Under the pieces are notes generated by a model. That model saw only the letters and a program-made list of their open reading frames with translations, was not told where the DNA came from and ran no database searches. 64,000 nt of DNA from Macrostomum lignano (lineage: Eukaryota). Positions 1 to 30,687 of the stretch are shown here, in pieces (the stretch's first letter is position 1; the number at the start of each line of letters is the position of its first letter). The position numbers and the translations under genes were made by a program. The stretch spans positions 154,792 to 218,791 of the forward strand of contig NIVC01001954.1 in assembly GCA_002269645.1 (NCBI GenBank). The letters are read 5' to 3'.

Positions 1-204
1 TTGAGAAAAGTGGCAGCGGTTAGTCCAGTCCAATTGGTAGCGAAATTCAGAAATTAAAAATCTAACAAAATTACCAATAAACATGAAGTTCCTATTTGAT
101 AGAGTTCTTGCACTTAGAAAAACTTCTTGTTCAGAGTCTTCTCTTCAGAGTCTACTGAAGTTACCATGAAGGGAGACACAAAAGCCCTAACCTAAACCAA
201 CCAC

Positions 205-668
205 CCTGAACTGTGCTCTCATCCCACACCCTGAACTGTGCTCTCATCCCACACCCTGAACTGTGCTCTCATCCCACACCCTGAACTGTGCTCTCATCCC
301 ACACCCTTAACTGTGCTCTTATTTCACACCCTGAACTTGCTCTCATCCCACACCCTTAACTGTGCTCTTATTTCACACCCTGAACTTGCTCTCATCCCAC
401 ACCTTAACTGTGCTCTCATCCCACACCCTGAAGTGTGCTCAACCCTACATGTACACCCTGAAGTGTGCTCAACCCTACATGTACACCCTGAAGTGTGCTC
501 AACCTACATGTACACCCTGAAGTGTGCTCAACCTACATGTACACCCTGAAGTGTGCTCAACCTACATGTACACCCTGAAGTGTGCTCAACCTACATGTAC
601 ACCCTGAAGTTTGCTCAACCTACATGTACTCCCTGAAGTGTGCTCAAGCTACATGTACACCCTGAAGT
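205..668. repeat. Two abutting related minisatellites (25-bp, then 29-30-bp unit)
   Basis: Units CACACCCTGAACTGTGCTCTCATCC and CACCCTGAAGTGTGCTCAACCTACATGTA share the core CACCCTGAA-TGTGCTC. Confidence 0.95.
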
Positions 669-704
669 GTGCGTACAAATTTTGCCAGCGGAAATTTAAG
701 TCTG

Positions 705-1103
705 CTAGCAAGCACTTTGCAAAGAGCAGTTCAGCTCACCGCGCCACTCAGAGGCAGTTGGGTACTCAACCCTGAACCGAACGCAGACTCCGCCGCCGTC
801 GTTTCGCTCGCTATCAGCGCAAGTGGTCAGGTGGAATCGGCGCGCCTGCGACTGCAGCTCGCCCAGCACCCTGGGCACGAAGGTGTCATTCAGCTCGCGC
901 AATGAGAGGCCGCTGCTGCGCTTTCGGCGCAGTAAAATCTGAATGCGCCTGGCCACGACGCGCTGGTCGGTTGCGACCTCCGACTCGTCTAGCTGGCCGA
1001 CAACATCTGCCTCGTTGGCATTTGCTGCTGCTGCTTCGGCTGCTTGAGTCATGCCGAGCAGAAAAAGCAACAACAGGCAATAATAGTTAGAAGTATCAGA
1101 CAT
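705..1103 (-). CDS. Putative small secreted prepropeptide, 132 aa, unknown family
   Basis: ATG-initiated, GC-rich, non-repetitive ORF. Hydrophobic N-terminus (YYCLLLLFLLGMTQA), acidic Ala-rich spacer, furin-type RRKR/S site, 4 Cys in the C-terminal part. No family recognised. Confidence 0.55.
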   Translation of the reverse strand: MSDTSNYYCLLLLFLLGMTQAAEAAAANANEADVVGQLDESEVATDQRVVARRIQILLRRKRSSGLSLRELNDTFVPRVLGELQSQARRFHLTTCADSERNDGGGVCVRFRVEYPTASEWRGELNCSLQSAC

Positions 1104-1289
1104 AATTTTGCTTCAGAGTGCTCTTTACAGCTTCTTTCTCTTTTTAGAAGTTCGACTAATACTGACTTCTTCAACTGCCTGCTTTAACGCAAAAGTTGGG
1201 CTATTTATCTTAGCAGCGTCACGTGTGTAACGTGCTCTATAGGCTCTTTCCAATTGGCTAAATGCCAACTGACCAATGAGACAAGCTAC

Positions 1290-1805
1290 CGAGCCAGCAG
1301 CTGAGGATCTGGGAGGCTGGCCCAGCAACTGACACTCTGGGAGGCTGGCCCAGCAACTGAGGATATGGGAGGCTGGCCCAGCAACTGACACTCTGGGAGG
1401 CTGGCCCAGCAACTGAGGATCTGGGAGGCTGGCCCAGCAGCTGAGGATCTGGGAGGCTGGCCCAGCAACTGAGGATGTGAGAGGCTGGCCCAGCAACTGA
1501 GGATGTGGGAGGCTGGCCTAGCAACTGACACTCTGGGAGGCTGGCCCAGCAACTGAGGATATGGGAGGCTGGCCCAGCAACTGAGGATGTGGGAGGCTGG
1601 CCCAGCAACTGAGGATGTGGGAGGCGGGCCCAGCAACTGAGGATGTGGGAGGCTGGCCCAGCAACTGAGGATGTGGGAGGCTGGCCCAGCAACTGAGGAT
1701 GTGGGAGGCTGGCCCAGCAACTGAGGATGTGGGAGGCTGGCCCAGCAACTGAGGATGTGGGAGGCTGGCCCAGCAACTGAGGATGTGGTAGGCTGGCCCA
1801 GCAGC
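1290..1805. repeat. 28-bp minisatellite, family shared with 10440-11095
   Basis: Unit GGAGGCTGGCCCAGCAACTGAGGATCTG with variant ...CTGACACTCTG; ~18 copies. Confidence 0.97.
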
Positions 1806-3419
1806 TGGGGTGTCAAAATGGCAGGAAAGAAAGGCAGCAGCAAGACCAGCTTGGCGCCGGATTAGCGTCACCAATGTGATGAGCAGCTAAAGCTGCAAGG
1901 ATGACAGTGCAATGCTGAAATGATGCGCCAATATTTGAGGCGCCACCGTGTGGACCTAACCGTATATTATCGCACAGATAAAATATGCATAAAATGAGGG
2001 GCAAATGGGGCGCCCCACCCGCCTGCCAAGCCCCAGAGCTGGGAATCCAAAGGAGTTGTGAAGTTGGCCGACAGAAAACACATGTAAGTGAAAAAATAGC
2101 AAGTGACGGGCTGGAGTATAGCGGAATTATATAAAATGTAAAAGGTATAACAAAAGCATACTTTTAGGCTACAAAATTTAAAGAGGCAATTTAAGAACAA
2201 CAGTGCACTGGCGCCAAACACATTGAGATCTGACAAGCTGTCTATTTGGTAAATATTAAATAATATAGTAATTCTATGCGGAAAAAGATTCGCCACTTCC
2301 TACTAGGATAAGTAGCATCTGCACGTTTGCGCGGCTTGCAATTCGATGACAAAAATTCAACCAATAATTTGAATAATAATAAAAAACATTGTGTACTTTA
2401 CATAATTTTGGTCATAAGAAATTGACATTGTTGCAGAATCAAAGCTAAATATAAAACAATGCTCTATACACGTGTTTTTACTCGCGGGGCGTATAAAATA
2501 AGTAGTATAATGCGAAAATGGTGCGCGGAAAGTTCTTCTTTGGGTAAAAAATGAATACAACATTATATAACAGATGATAACCAAGTTCTTTAACTTGCTA
2601 CTGAGGCAGTAGACAATGAAATATTTTCTCACTAATAATAATCCTAATCATAAATCATAATCATAACTGTTTTTGTTTGTTTTACGCGAGTCAAAATAAA
2701 GACAGTCTACAAACATCATATCTGTGTGTAAAACGATAAATAAGTATATTTCAGCATCTGCAAATACATATAGACAGATGAAAATATGCATTTCCATATC
2801 TAATACATCGAATTAGCTAGCATTGGTCCTATATTTGTTTCATGCTCAGCAGCAGCAGAAGTCACAGACAGAAACCATGGACAGATATTCAGGCTAATAA
2901 TTTTATCTAAGTGCATACTCGTCAGAGCCTACTTATTAACTAAATAGTAGTTTGAACGAGTATTTTGCGTATTCTATGGTTTCATTATCCGTGACCGCAC
3001 GCGCATAGAAATCTGGATGAGCCACCCGCGGAAGACGCTAAATGTAGGGGCGAGCAAGCAGAATTTATTCGTGTAACATTAGAGCAATTAAAAAGCCAAG
3101 CGGTACGATTTCTTAGAACAAGCAACAACAATGACAGAGCGAGCTGCATGCAGATAGGACCACTAGTAGTATATAAGTACGCTACTCTTAACGATTGTGT
3201 AATTCTTTTTGTAGGCGGATTTTTTGAACAAAAATGTTACCCTGTTGTATTATATATATTTGTGCAGTAAAAGTTTTATTTTCATTTTGTTTTATTTTAG
3301 GGATGCTTGCTACCGGGTTAACTTGCTATTGGGAGATGCTTGCTCTTGGGGGTGAAGGGAACTTGCTATCTGAGAGGGGGTTGCTAGATATCTATAAGGT
3401 CTCTTTGTATCCCAGGTTA

Positions 3420-3560
3420 TGCTTGCTATCTGGGGTTGCTTGCGGTCTGGGGGATGCTTGCTATCTGGGGGATGCTTGCTATCTGGGGGATGCTTGCAGT
3501 CTGGGGGATGCTTGCTATCTGGGGGATGCTTGCAGTCTGGGGTTGCTTGCTATTTGGGGA
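3420..3560. repeat. 18-bp minisatellite
   Basis: GATGCTTGCTATCTGGGG tandem copies with a degenerate left edge. Confidence 0.9.
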
Positions 3561-3833
3561 TCGATGCTTGAGTGCTGTCTTGGAATGTTTTTTAGAGGGA
3601 ATGTCTGTTATTTTTTATGAAGGCTTTATTTCGCTGCCCATTTGTTATTCGTAAAGAACAAGCATTCTATCCAGATGTCCCTCATTGGGCGGCGAAGATT
3701 GTTAGTCTAATCACAGATTTTGTGATGCAAATAATGATTTTGTTCCTAACTCCGCTCTAGAAAACAGGCCTCGAAAAAATTTGCACCATCCTGATATACT
3801 ACAGTGGTCCTTGTTGTTCCCCTGTCACAAACT

Positions 3834-21277
<17,444 letters not shown>

Positions 21278-21569
21278 CTTGCCGCGGCGGGTCCGAGGAG
21301 AGGATGGGGACTGGGCCGATTAGTACAGGCTGCGCTGCTGAGTAAGGAGAAACTGTTAAACGCCCGACGGTCGACAGGCGGAGGCGGGCAGCATGAAACA
21401 TGACATTATCATCGCAAATTTATGCTCATGCAGTTCACACTCTCTACAATAAAATAATTGAGAACACAAAAATTCGGATGCCTCAGAATCATACACCCCT
21501 GATGGACGAGTTGGCCTCAGAATCTCACCCTTTCTGTTGTGGCCTCTCACCCCTGCTGGAAAAAAATTA

Positions 21570-22205
21570 AAATCTCATCCCTTGCTGCCTACGGTAGCCT
21601 CAAAATATCACCCCCCTTGCTGTCTACGGTAGTCTCAAAATCTCATCCCTTGCTGTCTATGGTAGCCTCAAAATCTCATCCCTTGCTGTCTACGGTAGTC
21701 TCAAAATCTCATCCCTTGCTTTCTACGGTAGCCTCAAAATCTCATCCCTTTGCTGTCTATTTTAGCCTCAAAATCTTATTCCTTGCTGTCTACGGTAGTC
21801 TCAAAACCTCATTCCTTGCTTTCTACGGTAGCCTCAAAATCTCACCCCTTTGCTTTCTATTTTAGCCTCAAACTCTCACCCTTTGCTGCCTACGGTAGCC
21901 TCAAAATCTCATCCCTTGCTGTCTATGGTAGCCTCAAAATCTCACCCCTTTGCTGTCTATGGTAGCCTCAAAATCTCATCCCTTGCTGTCTATGGTAGCC
22001 TCAAAATCTCACCCCTTTGCTGTCTATGGTAGCCTCAAAATCTCATCCCTTGCTGTCTATGGTAGCCTCAAAATCTCACCCCTTTGCTGTCTATGGTAGC
22101 CTCAAAATCTCATCCCTTGCTGTCTATGGTAGCCTCAAAATCTCACCCCTTTGCTGTCTATGGTAGCCTCAAAATCTCATCCCTTGCTGTCTACGGTAGC
22201 CTCAA
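21570..22205. repeat. 33/34-bp minisatellite upstream of the PPP1R16 start codon
   Basis: CTACGGTAGCCTCAAAATCTCATCCCTTGCTGT alternating with a CACCCCTTTGC variant. Confidence 0.96.
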
Positions 22206-23227
22206 ACAAAATCTCAACCAGCTGGACAAGGTAAAATCAAAATCTCACTCTTCTGTGTACAACGACAGTTTCAAAATCTAACCACTATAAACATAACCTC
22301 GGAACTATCACCAAGATGCAGAACCCATATTGCCCGAATTCGGTGACAAAATAGACAAAATATATTAAAGGCAAAGCGAAAAAAGAAACAACAACACATT
22401 TTTTTAATTATCTCCGCTCCAAAGCAATCCGCGTATCAATGGGAACGCGCACCAAAACAGAATGCCCCGATACGGAAACACAAGACTGCGGGGGGGGAGG
22501 ATTATTTCAATTCAATAACATTCGAATGCGCCAGCCGCATGCTCAGCGGCTTATTTCTCCGGCATGCCCGCCTATCCAAAATCCTATTTATGCCCGATTC
22601 CTTCGCTTGATCCTCCTTCATTTTCTTCTTCTTCCTGGCTAAAGAAGCTAATTTTTCTATACCCCCCTCCATGTTTTCCACCCCCAAATGCAAGTCAGAG
22701 AGACGTTAAGGTAGAGAAACAACACGCAGCCAGCCTTAGCTGTGCAGGCTAGCAAATTAGAAGCTTTCCAACTGCGACTGAATCTTAAAGCTGTGCCCTC
22801 GGCCCTTATTGTTGGTAATTATCTCTTTGAAGGCGACGGGCCCACCCGCTTACGGACAGACATGGGACCGTCTTTTTCAGCTCTCCCGTTCATTTCCTTA
22901 TCTGTCTAAAAATACCCGTCAGCCTCCGACAAGCGGATGCTGTAAGGCATCTGTCCTAGTTGCATGTAGTTTAGCCCCAGTCAGTCCAATAGCCAATATA
23001 TATTATCTTATAGGTGAGGCAAGCGCAAAAATGCAGTATAATTGAGTCGTTCGCTAGTTATGGGTAGATGAACGACAAAAGAAACTGAACGAAAAAATTG
23101 TAACAGACTATTGTGAAGGAGACGTCTTCTCTTCACTTACACCTAATTTTAGCGTACTTACAAGCACACTTTTCATTGCATTTGTGACGAATGCTTAATA
23201 ACCTAGTTTTCTAGCTTACTCTAGCTG

Positions 23228-25050
23228 ATCTCACCCACTTCATTAGCATTGGATCTATCGGTCTCACCCACTTCATTAGCATTAGATCTATCGGTCTCAC
23301 CCACTTCAATAGCATTAGATCTATCGGTCTCACCCACTTCATTAGCATTAGATCTATCGGTCTCACCCACTTCAATAGCATTAGATCTATCGGTCTCACC
23401 CACTTCAATAGCATTGGATGAATCGGTCTCACCCACTTCATTAGCATTAGATCTATCGGTCTCACCCACTTCAATAGCATTAGATCTATCGGTCTCACCC
23501 ACTTCAATAGCATTAGATGAATCGGTCTCACCCACTTCAATAGCATTAGATCTATCGGTCTCACCCACTTCAATAGCATTGGATGAATCGGTCTCACCCA
23601 CTTCAATAGCATTAGATCTATCGGTCTCACCCACTTCATTAGCATTAGATCTATCGGTCTCACCCACTTCAATAGCATTAGATCTATCGGTCTCACCCAC
23701 TTCAATAGCATTAGATGAATCGGTCTCACCCACTTCAATAGCATTAGATCTATCGGTCTCACCCACTTCAATAGCATTGGATGAATCGGTCTCACCCACT
23801 TCAATAGCATTAGATCTATCGGTCTCACCCACTTCAATAGCATTAGATCTATCGGTCTCACCCACTTCAATAGCATTGGATGAATCGGTCTCACCCACTT
23901 CCATACCATTAGATCTATCGGTCTCACCCACTTCATTAGCATTGGATCTATCGGTCTCACCCACTTCAATAGCATTAGATCTATCGGTCTCACCCACTTC
24001 AATAGCATTAGATCTATCGGTCTCACCCACTTCATTAGCATTAGATCTATCGGTCTCACCCACTTCAATAGCATTAGATCTATCGGTCTCACCCACTTCA
24101 ATAGCATTAGATGAATCGGTCTCACCCACTTCATTAGCATTAGATCTATCGGTCTCACCCACTTCATTAGCATTAGATCTATCGGTCTCACCCACTTCAT
24201 TAGCATTGGATCTATCGGTCTCACCCACTTCATTAGCATTGGATCTATCGGTCCCACCCACTTCATTAGCATTAGATCTATCGGTCTCACCCACTTCATT
24301 AGCATTAGATCTATCGGTCCCACCCACTTCATTAGCATTAGATCTATCGGTCTCACCCACTTCATTAGCATTGGATCTATCGGTCTCACCCACTTCATTA
24401 GCATTAGATCTATCGGTCTCACCCACTTCCATACCATTAGATCTATCGGTCTCACCCACTTCAATAGTATTGGATCTATCGGTCTCACCCACTTCAATAG
24501 CATTAGATCTATCGGTCTCACCCACTTCATTAGCATTAGATCTATCGGTCTCACCCACTTCAATAGCATTGGATGAATCGGTCTCACCCACTTCAATAGC
24601 ATTAGATCTATCGGTCTCACCCCCTAAAATAGCATTGGATCTATCGGTCTCACCCACTTCATTAGCATTAGATCTATCGGTCTCACCCACTTCAATAGCA
24701 TTGGATGAATCGGTCTCACCCACTTCAATAGCATTAGATCTATCGGTCTCACCCCCTAAAATAGCATTGGATCTATCGGTCTCACCCACTTCATTAGCAT
24801 TGGATCTATCGGTCTCACCCACTTAATTAGCATTGGATGAATCGGTCTCACCCACTTCAATAGCATTAGATCTATCGGTCTCACCCACTTCATTAGCATT
24901 AGATCTATCGGTCTCACCCACTTCATTAGCATTAGATCTATCGGTCTCACCCACTTCATTAGCATTAGATCTATCGGTCTCACCCACTTCCATACCATTA
25001 GATCTATCGGTCTCACCATACATACATACCATTGGATCTATTGGTCTCAC
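23228..25050. repeat. 33-bp minisatellite (~55 copies)
   Basis: AGATCTATCGGTCTCACCCACTTCAATAGCATT units. Confidence 0.98.
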
Positions 25051-25735
25051 CTTACTTCATAACTCTTATTCACTTACATTCATAGACTAGAGTCCTATCA
25101 AATTATCTAGACTAGAGAACACTGCCAAACAATGTCCCAAGTCCAGGGGCCTCAAGTGGTCAGGCAGAGTCAAAAGCAAGAGTTGTAAATTTTTGGATCA
25201 GCATAGCGACTTCGCACAATTGCGGGCCAAGTTGAGCTGAGCACTTGGGCACAGATAAGGCCGAGTAGTGTTTAGTAAAGTCGGACGAAAGGGCAGAGAG
25301 CAAGAGGGAGGGAGGGCTTGCAGCAGTGCAGTGGCAGCGGAAGTGTCGCAGAGCGCGCAGACACAAGCTTACTACCCTCTCTACTGTGCTCTACTCATAC
25401 GCCCATAAAGATAGCACCGAACCAACTCAAAAAAAGTTAATCTATAGGCATTCCAGTTCCGCACTTCCGCTCCATACGAAAATATATAATCTACCGCCGC
25501 CCAATACCCGATCAACCACAGCCTGCGAATTCGAATTTCGAGTCAGCAGAAATAGTTTGAATCGATAGATAGAGAGAGGGACAGAGAGGGGAGATCGAGA
25601 TAAAAAGGAAATAAAAAGTTTTTCGACCGGAGCGAACTGTGTTTTTTTCAGCTGCTAATTAAAACGTTGAGTTGCGTAGATAAAAACACTGGGGGGGGGG
25701 GAGACTTCGCGTGCGATTGTCAGCAAATTGATTCG

Positions 25736-25737
<2 letters not shown>

Positions 25738-25794
<57 letters not shown>
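25738..25794. repeat. (CT)n microsatellite
   Basis: Pure CT run. Confidence 0.97.
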
Positions 25795-25796
<2 letters not shown>

Positions 25797-26109
25797 CGAT
25801 TCGAACTCGGGAAGAAAGAGCTAGTCGAAAATTTTTGCATTTAGCCTATTAACAAGGCAAGTATTTGCGTTTTAGCACGCGACGAGGTCAGGCTAAAGGC
25901 AGCCAGAAATAGATTGGGATTGACTGGACCGACCTAATCCCAATGTAACTATAATATTATATACTGACCGGCCTAACGCACTAAGCGATTTTGAGGCGCT
26001 ACTTTTCGCAGTCTTGCATCTGTAGATAAAACTGCATTACTAAATAAAAGCTTATGATTTGTGCTCCAGATCAATGAAAAAGGAAAAAAAGTAAATAAAA
26101 AACAACTGA

Positions 26110-26330
26110 CTTCTATACTTGGCTTTGTCAAATGTGTCATTTGCATGTAAAAATTGTGTCAGTGGCTTGTAAAATGGTGCCAATTTCTTCAATTTGAGTG
26201 TCAAGAACTTAAAACTGGATGTCATTGTCCCCGAAATGGGTGTCATAGCCACTCATAGGCTTTGATTTGAGTGTCAGAGGTAAAATGGTGCCAATTTCTT
26301 CAATTTGAGTGTCAAGAACTTAAACTGGAA
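26110..26330. repeat. Degenerate ~21-bp-period segment homologous to the 23-bp and 21-bp arrays at 19085-20055
   Basis: Contains GTGTCAGTGGCTT, AAAACTGGATGTCATTGT and AGGCTTTGATTTGAGTGTCAGAGG, plus an internal ~49-bp duplication (near 26171 and 26282). Confidence 0.75.
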
Positions 26331-26452
26331 CTGGAACTTAAAACTAAGAGTGAATACAATATCAGCAGTACTAAGTAAGTAATACTGGACATTGGAAAAT
26401 CAGAGGAACCGAGTCCGGGACCTCCACACCCCTCTGGAGGTCTTGAGGGGTA

Positions 26453-26737
26453 GGGCAGAGCAGCTCAGCGAGGCCTATACTCCGTGCGCAGCCAAATTAA
26501 TTTGGGGCCTGTGTTCACGAAAATAAGCCAGGGGGGGGGGTTGTCGTGCGATTAACAGCCACGAGGGTCAACCCCCATGGCGCAGAGAGTGTACATGCTT
26601 GTGTTTGAGTGCGTGCCTGTGTACAAGGTGCTGACGCGCTCAGGAGCCAGCGGAATGGGCAAGAACTGCCTCGCCGCTGATCACGCTGGACGAAGTCAGT
26701 GGTCACCGAAGGCGTTGCGCCAGGGCACCCACAACCC
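26453..26737 (+). repeat. Dispersed ~300-bp repeat, copy A (unclassified)
   Basis: Colinear with 46696-47012 (e.g. GGCGCAGAGAGTGTACA, GCTCAGGAG-CAGC-GAATGGGCA, CCGAAGGCGTTGCGCCAGGG). Confidence 0.8.
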
Positions 26738-27992
26738 TTCCTGACAACGATAGTTGTAAAATGGAAAGTTGCAGCCGAACAAAAAGATAATCCAATCTAC
26801 TGTGAGTTAAGCGAAAGCAGTCCTAGACTCAATTCGGTGGCAGTAATTGGGCAGCGATACCGACAGGCACAGCTACTGAACACAGAAGCTTCAATAGCGC
26901 TGGGGTAGACCCGAGGAGGCAAGCAGGCCGAGGAGAAAAGGGCAGCACAGCGGGATGCATACACAATGCAAAGAGAGAACTATTAGAGAAATTACTACTA
27001 GAGAAACTGCGACGAGGGCACGAGTAGTTTAAGTAGCTGAGAGTGTAAAAGCGTGTGAAAAAATAGTTGGAAGGTGAATAGGATGGAACAGTTCTGTCAG
27101 GTTAGACTAACTGACGATTTAATGTTGCAAAGCATTTGGTTTTTTGAGTTATAAATAGCTTAAAATGCATTGACAAATGAACTAACAATTATTTCTTTAT
27201 TAATTAACAATTACAATGCAATGTCCAAGCCTTATGAATTTAGACACACAGATCCAAAAACATCAACTAGAAATTTGGACCCCTAGCACTATTCATAAAC
27301 TCACCATTTCCTAATATGTTTTAGGCTTTATCTATTCACTAAAACAGTAATACATGGTTCCTGGTGTTAAATAACCTATGGTGCCCATTCAGGAAATCCC
27401 TTTAACTACTTTGAGACATCTTAGAGTGACCTTAAATACCCTTAGTACCCAGTACTTAAGAGAGATCTAGATGTACTTTTACTAGTAGCAGACAAAAAGC
27501 AAGGAATGTTCATTAGATGCATTTAGATATTGGGGCTTTGCTATTATTTAGTGAAAGTCTATATAGATATGTATATAAGTTGTATAATAACACATTTTAG
27601 AAAAGTTTGCTTATAGTATTAACAAACTACATTTTGCAGCATAGTTAAACAATTTTTGGTTAAACAAACAAAAAAAGATTTTTTATTAGGTAATTTAGGT
27701 AAAAATTATTAGGAAAAATAGTTTTCTAAGCTTGACAACTATAAACAACTATGTTTAAAAAACACTAATAAAATATAAAAATACATGATTAATTTATACA
27801 GTAAGAATTCTATTTCAAAGATTTTTTATAGAAAAATGATAAGAAATAAAATTCTAATATTTAAATCATATTAAAATCAAAAAGGTATAGCATTAATCTC
27901 TAATCCCAAATGGTCCTTTAATACTAGTTTGCTATTATTTACTATGTGCAATATAGTTTGTTTCTAGAACTATTGATTATTTTTTTATATCG

Positions 27993-28267
27993 AGGCAGAA
28001 GGCCTTTTTATTTCAATAGATGGAATGGCAGCAAAGATTTTGCGCTGTTTTGCATGTATATTTATATTTAAACAAACAGCGCAATATTGAGGGCCTAGGG
28101 AGGTGCGAAAAGGTGGCGTGATGTGATAGGCTATGCCGACCCCCCCCCCAGCTTAGCGAGCTGGCTAGCTTGGTGCGCACCCACCCCACCTCAGCTAGAC
28201 AGAGGTTGGGAGGGGTATTCCAGTGCGGCTGCACTGGTGCTGCCAGTTGCGTAGTCTGGCCACCACA
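27993..28267 (+). repeat. ~275-bp direct repeat, copy 1
   Basis: Colinear with 30414-30687, starting AGGCAGAAGGCCTTTT; target of the Foldback insertion. Confidence 0.9.
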
Positions 28268-28268
28268 C

Positions 28269-29792
28269 GGGATAGCGACGTTTGCCTGCGGGACGTTTGC
28301 CAGCCGACGTTTGCCTGCGGGACGTTTGCCAGCCGACATTTGCCAGCCGACATTTGCCAGCCGACATTTGCCAGTGGGACGTTTGCCAGCCGAAGTTTGC
28401 CTGCCGGACGTTTGCCAGCCGACGTTTGCCTGCGGGACGTTTGCCAGCCGACATTTGCCAGCCGACGTTTGCCAGCCGACGTTTGCCAGCGGGACGTTTG
28501 CCAGCCGAAGTTTGCCAGCCGACGTTTGCCTGCCGGAAGTTTGCCAGCCAAAATTTGCTAGCCAATATAAAGCCAGTCAGTGAAAAATTTGATACTGAAA
28601 CATTCGCAGTTTAGCGGTTTGACAAAAACTGTTTTTACTCCAACTTTTTGACGGTTATTCGCATGTATACAAGTTTGAAAGCAAAATATATAAATTATGC
28701 AGTCCATCAGTCTAACGTCTAATATCTAGTTTAACAACGATTTTGGCACAACATATCAAAAGATGAACATTGGGTTTGCCTCGTATGAAAGCAATAACAA
28801 TTGTTGTGCTGAAAAGATGAAAACTTCCTATCTCCCTATGGCCTTCAAAACATTTTTCATAGATTTCGAGTGCTGCGTACTTCTACTTTAGTAGTCCTTG
28901 GCATGACTAAGCTTTGCATACGTAGTGTCTAGCACTTGCTATTCTACTAGCTTGCTACTGGCGGCTTGTCTGGCTATTCAGCTATATAGCTTACTATAAA
29001 AACGTACCGCATTCGACTCGTCTACACATGTACGTTGAGATCGCGGTCTCCTGGCTTACTTGAGTAGTAATACAACAGCATTGGAATCAATTTGCTTACT
29101 TTTAGATCTCCCAATGAACTGAGAAATATATGAGCCAGAATTACCGCTCAGCAGCTCTTTTTGTTTGCTTCATACCTTAAATCGCTGGAGATTCCCGTTT
29201 TAATCTGCGCGTCTTCTTTCGCACATCAAAAATCAAACATCTCAAACTGGGAAAAACGATACACAATTGTCAAAAGTAAACAATATTTTCACATTCAAAG
29301 AAAATCGTTGTTGAACTGGATGTTGGATGTAAATCTATATAAATTGCATAATTTATATAGATTTTGCATAAATTTCATAATTTATAGATTTTGCTTTCAA
29401 ACTTGTATATATGCGAATAACCGTCAAAAAGTTGGAGTAAAAACGGTTTTTGTCGAAACGCTAAACTGCGAATGTTTCAGTATCAAATTTTTCACTGACT
29501 GGCTTTATATTGGCTAGCAAATTTTGGCTGGCAAACGTCGGCTGGCAAACGTCGGCTGGCAAACGTCCGGCAGGCAAACGTCGGCTGGCAAATGTCGGCT
29601 GGCAAACGTCCGACTGGCAAACGCCGGCTGGCAAACGTCCCGCAGGCAAACGTCCGGCAGGCAAACTTCGGCTGGCAAACGTCCCGCTGGCAAACGTCGG
29701 CTGGCAAACGTCGGCTGGCAAATGTCGGCTGGCAAACGTCCCGCAGGCAAACGTCGGCTGGCAAACGTCCCGCAGGCAAACGTCGTAGACCC
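28269..29792. mobile_element. Non-autonomous Foldback/MULE-like element with long modular TIRs
   Basis: TIRs 28269-28744 and 29301-29792, each with 14/15-bp subrepeats (GCCAGCCGACGTTT, GCCTGCGGGACGTTT). Termini GGGATAGCGACG and (rc) GGGTCTACGACG; perfect 9-bp TSD CCACCACAC (28260-68, 29793-801); no transposase. Confidence 0.9.
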
Positions 29793-30413
29793 CCACCACA
29801 CAGCTTCCCCTAGCACCGAGCTAAGCCCCGAATGTCGGTTGATAGCTAAGGCAGCGAGAGTGCCAAGGAGCGGGCACTAAAATCAGCTGGGCGCCAAAGG
29901 CAGCAAGGCACTGAAGATGGCAGGGCGCCAAAGATGGCAGGGGCACCAAAGGCAGAAGGGTGCAAGACGGGCACCAAAGATGGCAGGGGCACCAAAGGCA
30001 GTAGGGCACCAGGTGGGCGCCAAAGGCAGCAGGAGCGCAGCCCGACCACACCCAAGACAATCGACAGTCAGTTGCCACTGTGAGCCGGGTCGATGCTCCT
30101 GCACAGAGGCTAGGGACATTAAGCTAGCAACAGCGGTGCAGTGCTAGCCTAGAATGAGCTGCAGCGTGTGGCGGTGGTTGGTCCAATGTGGGGGCCAAAG
30201 GCGAGACCATAGGAGCTACTGGGGGGCAGGCTGACTGGGCCGATTTGTGCTGCAGGGTATTGCTGTGGCTGCTGGGCTGCGGTGCTACTGGGCTGCAGTG
30301 CTGCTAGGCTGTGGTGCTGCTGGTGCAATCAGCCAAGGTGGTTGGCTGCCGGGACTGCACAGGGCCAACCAGGTAGGCCCAGCATTCCATGCTGGGCATC
30401 AGGTTTACCAATT

Positions 30414-30687
30414 AGGCAGAAGGCCTTTTTATTTCAATAGATGGAATGGCAATGAAGATTTTGCCCTGCTTTGCGCATATATTTATATTTACAAAAACAG
30501 CACAATATTGAGGGGCCTAGGGAGTTGCAAAAAGGTGACGTGGCAATATAGGCTATGCCACCCCCCTTGGCTTAGCAAGCCGGCTAGCTTGGTGTGCACC
30601 TATCCCACTTCAGCTAGACAGAGATTGGAGGGGGGTGTTCCAATGCAGCTGCACTGGTGCTGCCAGTCACATAGTCTAGCTGCCACA
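30414..30687 (+). repeat. ~275-bp direct repeat, copy 2
   Basis: Diverged copy of 27993-28267 with many CpG transitions. Confidence 0.9.

Noticed and set aside
23211-25090. 469-533-aa ORFs open in several frames
   Set aside because: The 33-bp unit is divisible by 3 and stop-free in those frames; repeat artefact. It is not a CRISPR array because there are no unique spacers.
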